DNA from: a virus
Lineage: Duplodnaviria; Heunggongvirae; Uroviricota; Caudoviricetes
Length of the DNA: 37,301 bases
Virus record (IMG/VR): IMGVR_UViG_3300028610_001217
Reading direction: 5' to 3' (one strand)
This document shows, piece after piece, positions 33,725 to 37,301 of this stretch. Numbering within the stretch: position 1 is the stretch's first letter; each line of letters opens with the position of its first letter. The notes below the pieces were generated by a model, which saw nothing but the letters and a program-made list of their open reading frames with translations, was not told where the DNA came from and searched no databases. The position numbers and the translations under genes were made by a program.

Positions 33725-34062
33725 GCTTCCTTTACTTCGTCCCCGCCAAGGCCACAAAGTTCTTGCAACCTAGTAATTACTCGCCCATAAGCCATCAAGT
33801 TTTTAGTCTTAAGTTTTTCGATATGAGACTCATCAAACTTAGGCTCAGAAACTCCTTCAATAAATAGGAGCATGCCAAACCTTTCTTCGTCAATTTCTCC
33901 ATCTTCCACTAAAGAAGCATTCTTTCTAATGCGTTGCATCTGTTCGATATTTAACGAACGAATTTTCACGCTGCCCCCCCATTCCTTGATCTCAATTACT
34001 TCTTCTTTGAAATCAACAGAATCAAGGATCTGGTCCACCGTGAGCATATCTTTTTTCCCCAT
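33706..34062 (-). CDS. tail assembly chaperone (gpG-like)
   Basis: E.IEIKEWGGSVKIRSL, GVSEPKF; lies between tail tube and TMP. Confidence 0.85.
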   Translation of the reverse strand: MGKKDMLTVDQILDSVDFKEEVIEIKEWGGSVKIRSLNIEQMQRIRKNASLVEDGEIDEERFGMLLFIEGVSEPKFDESHIEKLKTKNLMAYGRVITRLQELCGLGGDEVKEAKKLFT

Positions 34063-34092
34063 TTTACTTTTACCCTCCTAAGGTAATCTAGT

Positions 34093-34521
34093 TTACGTTG
34101 AGCCTGCTGTTCTTACTTGCGATCCGCTAAGTTGAAAGTCTGCAGTAAATGTAACTGCGTCATCAACGCTAGCTGCCGGGCCACTGTAAGCCGTCATAAT
34201 GCAAGTGCCCGTGTATTGAACGAAATCTGCTGCTGAAGCATCTGTAGATGGGACTTGGAGGTAGTAAGTCTTCGCTAGACCTACGATCCCATCCAAGTAG
34301 CCATCAACTGTTGCGTCCCATTTTCCCTCAAGAGAAAGGGTCGCATCCTTTAGTCCGCCTAAATACGCCTTAGTCGCATTAGTCGTATTGAAAGTTGTGA
34401 CCTCCGCAGTATCACCAGTTTTTGAGATTTCTACCGAGTTTAAAAACTGAGTAATGTTCCTCAAAGTTGTTGAGGAATCAGTAACATGAAATCCCGTTTT
34501 CTTACCATGTTGAAAAGCCAT
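34093..34521 (-). CDS. tail tube protein (short paralogue)
   Basis: D.AEVTTF....K.YLGGLKDATLSLEG, YTG.C..T.Y, V.FTA.FQ.SG. Confidence 0.8.
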   Translation of the reverse strand: MAFQHGKKTGFHVTDSSTTLRNITQFLNSVEISKTGDTAEVTTFNTTNATKAYLGGLKDATLSLEGKWDATVDGYLDGIVGLAKTYYLQVPSTDASAADFVQYTGTCIMTAYSGPAASVDDAVTFTADFQLSGSQVRTAGST

Positions 34522-34531
34522 TTCTTACCTC

Positions 34532-35260
34532 CTACTTTCTGTTGAAGCCCATATTGAATGAGCCGTTCAATGTGCTTGCTGCTTGTTGAAAAATTGCTCT
34601 TGTATACCTTTTAACTGCACCAGTAACCGCAATCCGCTCTGCTGTTACCGCCGTTGTAGCCGTAAAGCTGATTAAGGCATCCCAAGATGAGTTGTTGTTA
34701 GAATGTTGAATCGTAGCAGAGGTTAAGCTCCTCAGGTTTTCTAATTTTTGCAAATATCCAACCCCGCCGCTAGCGTCAGAACTGCTCCCGACCCCAGCAT
34801 CAAACCCAGTCCCAACACCAGTATTAGCTGTTTCTGACGCAATAGATTTGAGTGAGGCAATTCGCTCTCTACCGGAAACTGATTGCCCGCTTACAGTCAT
34901 AGAAACCACATCATCTACAGGAGCTGTAACCGAATATTCAGTATGAACAGTTGCTATTCCATTACCGAAAGATCCGAGCGTTGTCCCATTTGGGTAAATT
35001 GACCAAAGAACGTCTGAAGAACTGGGAACTATGCTTATGAATGCATCTACATTTGGGGCAGCCGTACTGCCTTCAAATAATCCTTCAGCACTCAAGGTAG
35101 CATCCTTGTTGCCACCAATATAACTCTTTACGGTAGAGCTATTGAAAACAGTGATTTCGCTAACATCTGCCGTTAAATCCGTTTCAACAGAGTTGAGATA
35201 GTTGGACATATTGAAGCCTTGCATCAACACAATCGTATTTTTACCATGTACAAAAGCCAT
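34532..35260 (-). CDS. tail tube-like protein with extra C-terminal domain (long paralogue)
   Basis: Same N-terminal motifs (MAF.HGK.T, D..E.T.F, K.Y.GG.KDATLS.EG) plus a C-terminal domain of about 90 aa. Confidence 0.75.
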   Translation of the reverse strand: MAFVHGKNTIVLMQGFNMSNYLNSVETDLTADVSEITVFNSSTVKSYIGGNKDATLSAEGLFEGSTAAPNVDAFISIVPSSSDVLWSIYPNGTTLGSFGNGIATVHTEYSVTAPVDDVVSMTVSGQSVSGRERIASLKSIASETANTGVGTGFDAGVGSSSDASGGVGYLQKLENLRSLTSATIQHSNNNSSWDALISFTATTAVTAERIAVTGAVKRYTRAIFQQAASTLNGSFNMGFNRK

Positions 35261-35270
35261 TTAACACCTC

Positions 35271-35687
35271 CTATGTTGATAAGCTTTTAAATATTTGATA
35301 ATTACAAGCAAATGTGTGCCTGTCGCTGTCATCTAAGCCTAAATAAAATGGGGACTGAACTGGGTCAATCGTTAAGTATGTTGTCCCTGATGCACTTGAC
35401 GATGGCTTTAATGTAACATTTACTTGTCCTTGCAATATTTTATAATTCAGTTCTGACGCATCCCTGCCCGTTTGATAATCGCTTGAACGGTCTACAATTT
35501 GAATCCTAGGATTCTCCCAAGCCGGGGTTGATGAAGCGAATATTCTTGTAGGCGCAGCACCTTGAGTTTCATGAACAAAGGTAGCAGTATCCTGCGCCCT
35601 GTTATTTTCAAAACCCTTAAATATGTTTGTGCCAAGAGCCATTGTTGTACTATCTACTATCAATTTCGCAATCTCATCCAATATCAT
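35271..35687 (-). CDS. tail terminator/minor tail-completion protein
   Basis: E.P..Q...R..DY..G, Q.PF.LG.D..DRH.F..N pattern; position in the gene order. Confidence 0.75.
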   Translation of the reverse strand: MILDEIAKLIVDSTTMALGTNIFKGFENNRAQDTATFVHETQGAAPTRIFASSTPAWENPRIQIVDRSSDYQTGRDASELNYKILQGQVNVTLKPSSSASGTTYLTIDPVQSPFYLGLDDSDRHTFACNYQIFKSLST

Positions 35688-36145
35688 TGTATGGCCTGCC
35701 TGCGTAGAAATTCGTTTACCGTCTTAACCATGTTTTGCCGATAATCAAGAGTGGCTTCCATCACCGGAGTTTCTAGGTACTTCCACTCCCCAACTTTCGC
35801 CCAAGTTTTATATTTCTTACCTGACGGACTTTCTCCGCGAGTCTTACCGGCCCTCGGGTTTTCATGAATCGCCAAAGCGTAAGGAGCTGCCGACCCACCG
35901 TAACCTATCTTAATCGTAACCCTTCCACTTGTTCTTTCAGGTGGGTCAACGTGCCCTGAAGCCTCCAGGATCCCTTCACGCCTAGGGACAAAGTTTTCTT
36001 TTGAGTCATTCATTATGTCTTGAGCAACCTTAAGTAAAGATGCCTCCGTAACCTTAGGGTGCCGCCTATCAATATCCTTTAGTTTCCGAATAAGTTCGTC
36101 ATCCCCGGTAATTGTTAACATTTTCCCTAAAACATTTCTAGCCAT
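35684..36145 (-). CDS. HK97 gp10-like neck/tail-completion protein
   Basis: VP...G.L..SG, IGYG...YA..IHE, KYLE.P. Confidence 0.8.
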   Translation of the reverse strand: MARNVLGKMLTITGDDELIRKLKDIDRRHPKVTEASLLKVAQDIMNDSKENFVPRREGILEASGHVDPPERTSGRVTIKIGYGGSAAPYALAIHENPRAGKTRGESPSGKKYKTWAKVGEWKYLETPVMEATLDYRQNMVKTVNEFLRRQAIQ

Positions 36146-36148
36146 AAT

Positions 36149-36475
36149 TCACCCAAACATTATTTCTGTATGATGCTGACCTTCTTCGTCATAAAGGGTA
36201 GCAATTGCTATGATCTTCCGAACAGTCCCATCTGGAAGGGTAATCTTATCATCAGGGTTTATGGTCGCCCCGCTACTGCTGATTATTGCGCTAGCATGAG
36301 AAACCTTCTCTTCACCATCTAACGCCCTAACCAGTTTTTGATCTTGTTGAAACAACCCCGAATAAGTTGTACCTGCTGTTGAGTGCGCCGTCTTACCGTA
36401 AGCATCTATTGAACTAAATGCATTAACCACAATTGAATGCGGCATGCAGTCGAGGTATTCGCTTTCAAAAGTCAT
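36149..36475 (-). CDS. head closure (stopper) protein
   Basis: DAYG, LVR..DG.E.VS, D.ITLPDG pattern. Confidence 0.75.
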   Translation of the reverse strand: MTFESEYLDCMPHSIVVNAFSSIDAYGKTAHSTAGTTYSGLFQQDQKLVRALDGEEKVSHASAIISSSGATINPDDKITLPDGTVRKIIAIATLYDEEGQHHTEIMFG

Positions 36476-36488
36476 TTAAGTCAATCAC

Positions 36489-36917
36489 CTAATCCTGTGA
36501 GGACGAAACCCTTCCAACAAAGTCAAACATATCACGATAGAAAGCTGGCTCGACTCTATCGGTATTAGATTCCAAAGTATTCTTTTGGGTCTTAGTCAAA
36601 GCCCCGGCAAATACTTGCGGAGCGCCCTTAGATGTTGCCAGCGAAGCATATTGAGTCGATAGCGCATCATAATGATCAAACTTTTGTTCTAAGCTAATGC
36701 TGAGTTTGCCCACAGATTTACTTACACCGCTAGCGAACCTCGTAGCTAAAGCCCTACAAGCAATTGAAGCTGCACCAAAAATATTAGAATCCTGATCAAT
36801 AAAGAAGCCAACTTCTTCGTCAGTGAAGAAGGGTGAGCTAGAATTCACATCATTGATTAACCGCCTAACCTTATTCAGGTCAGTGGAAAGATCAGCATCA
36901 TTATATGAGAAGGTCAT
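36489..36917 (-). CDS. head-tail adaptor protein
   Basis: VR.LI.D, FTDEE..FF, AA...C..LA..FA, S.G.LS.S pattern. Confidence 0.75.
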   Translation of the reverse strand: MTFSYNDADLSTDLNKVRRLINDVNSSSPFFTDEEVGFFIDQDSNIFGAASIACRALATRFASGVSKSVGKLSISLEQKFDHYDALSTQYASLATSKGAPQVFAGALTKTQKNTLESNTDRVEPAFYRDMFDFVGRVSSSQD

Positions 36918-37186
36918 TAGCTTTCCTTAGCCTTACTCTTCTTGTAGGCAACTTTAATTTCAGCCCCAGTTTGAGCTCTAGGTTCAAGCTTAATTTCGGA
37001 AATGACACTCACTTCTGGCTCAGAAGCTAAGACCTCAATCTCAATAAGCCTGCGAGTGGCCAGCATAGACTTCATGCGCTTTTTGCCGACCTTCTTCACA
37101 TCATCTTTAGTTAGCTCATCACCAACATTTCTAACAATATTAGGGGCAACATCAACCGCCATTCTTTGCACTATATACATACTCAA
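36917..37186 (-). CDS. hypothetical protein (head module)
   Basis: Coupled to neighbours; TTG or ATG start. Confidence 0.65.
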   Translation of the reverse strand: MSMYIVQRMAVDVAPNIVRNVGDELTKDDVKKVGKKRMKSMLATRRLIEIEVLASEPEVSVISEIKLEPRAQTGAEIKVAYKKSKAKES

Positions 37187-37301
37187 TTACCTCCATTCAA
37201 GGATACCAAAGCTTCAAGCGCTGCTTTCTTGCCTTTAACCTTTTCCCCATTTGGCAGATAATACCATGGACCTTTATGTTCTAAATCCCCTAAAGTTAGC
37301 C
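37183..37301 (-). CDS. 3' end of a hypothetical protein truncated by the window edge
   Basis: Hand translation: …LGDLEHKGPWYYLPNGEKVKGKKAALEALVSLNGGN-stop. Confidence 0.6.
   Translation of the reverse strand, partial: LTLGDLEHKGPWYYLPNGEKVKGKKAALEALVSLNGGN

Noticed and set aside
1-37301. Stop-codon reassignment
   Set aside because: Genes are full length and densely packed under the standard code; TAA, TAG and TGA all end genes; no suppressor tRNA is seen.

Overview
37.3 kb internal segment of a tailed dsDNA (siphovirus-like) bacteriophage genome with three blocks. (1) 1-14.8 kb, minus strand: replication, recombination and nucleotide genes (SNF2 helicase, PD-(D/E)XK nuclease, Sak4-type AAA ATPase, SSB, a non-coding origin-like gap, primase fused to an MCM-like helicase). 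These are followed by a putative DNA-modification trio (DUF2284-like Cys-rich protein, dUMP-hydroxymethylase-like thymidylate synthase homologue, Nmad1/DUF1599-like protein), then RuvC-like, NUMOD3 endonuclease, PNK-type phosphatase, a type IV prepilin-like protein, a SLOG protein and RtcB. (2) 14.9-19.7 kb, plus strand: an early-type operon from a near-consensus sigma70 promoter. It opens with about 400 nt of non-coding, heavily base-paired sequence and later carries two atypical tRNA genes flanking a second structured element, plus DUF932 and small hypothetical genes. (3) 19.7-37.3 kb, minus strand: head-tail joining, two paralogous tail-tube genes, tail chaperone with a likely -1 frameshift, tape measure, baseplate/adsorption proteins, M23 endolysin and holin. 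No integrase, terminase, portal, capsid, DNA polymerase or CRISPR array lies in the window. The strongest novelty candidates are the structured non-coding RNAs (14938-15326, 16048-16197, 10020-10140) together with the odd tRNAs and RtcB, the DUF2284-containing base-modification cluster, and the phage pilin mimic. All family calls are by eye from motifs; no database search was run.
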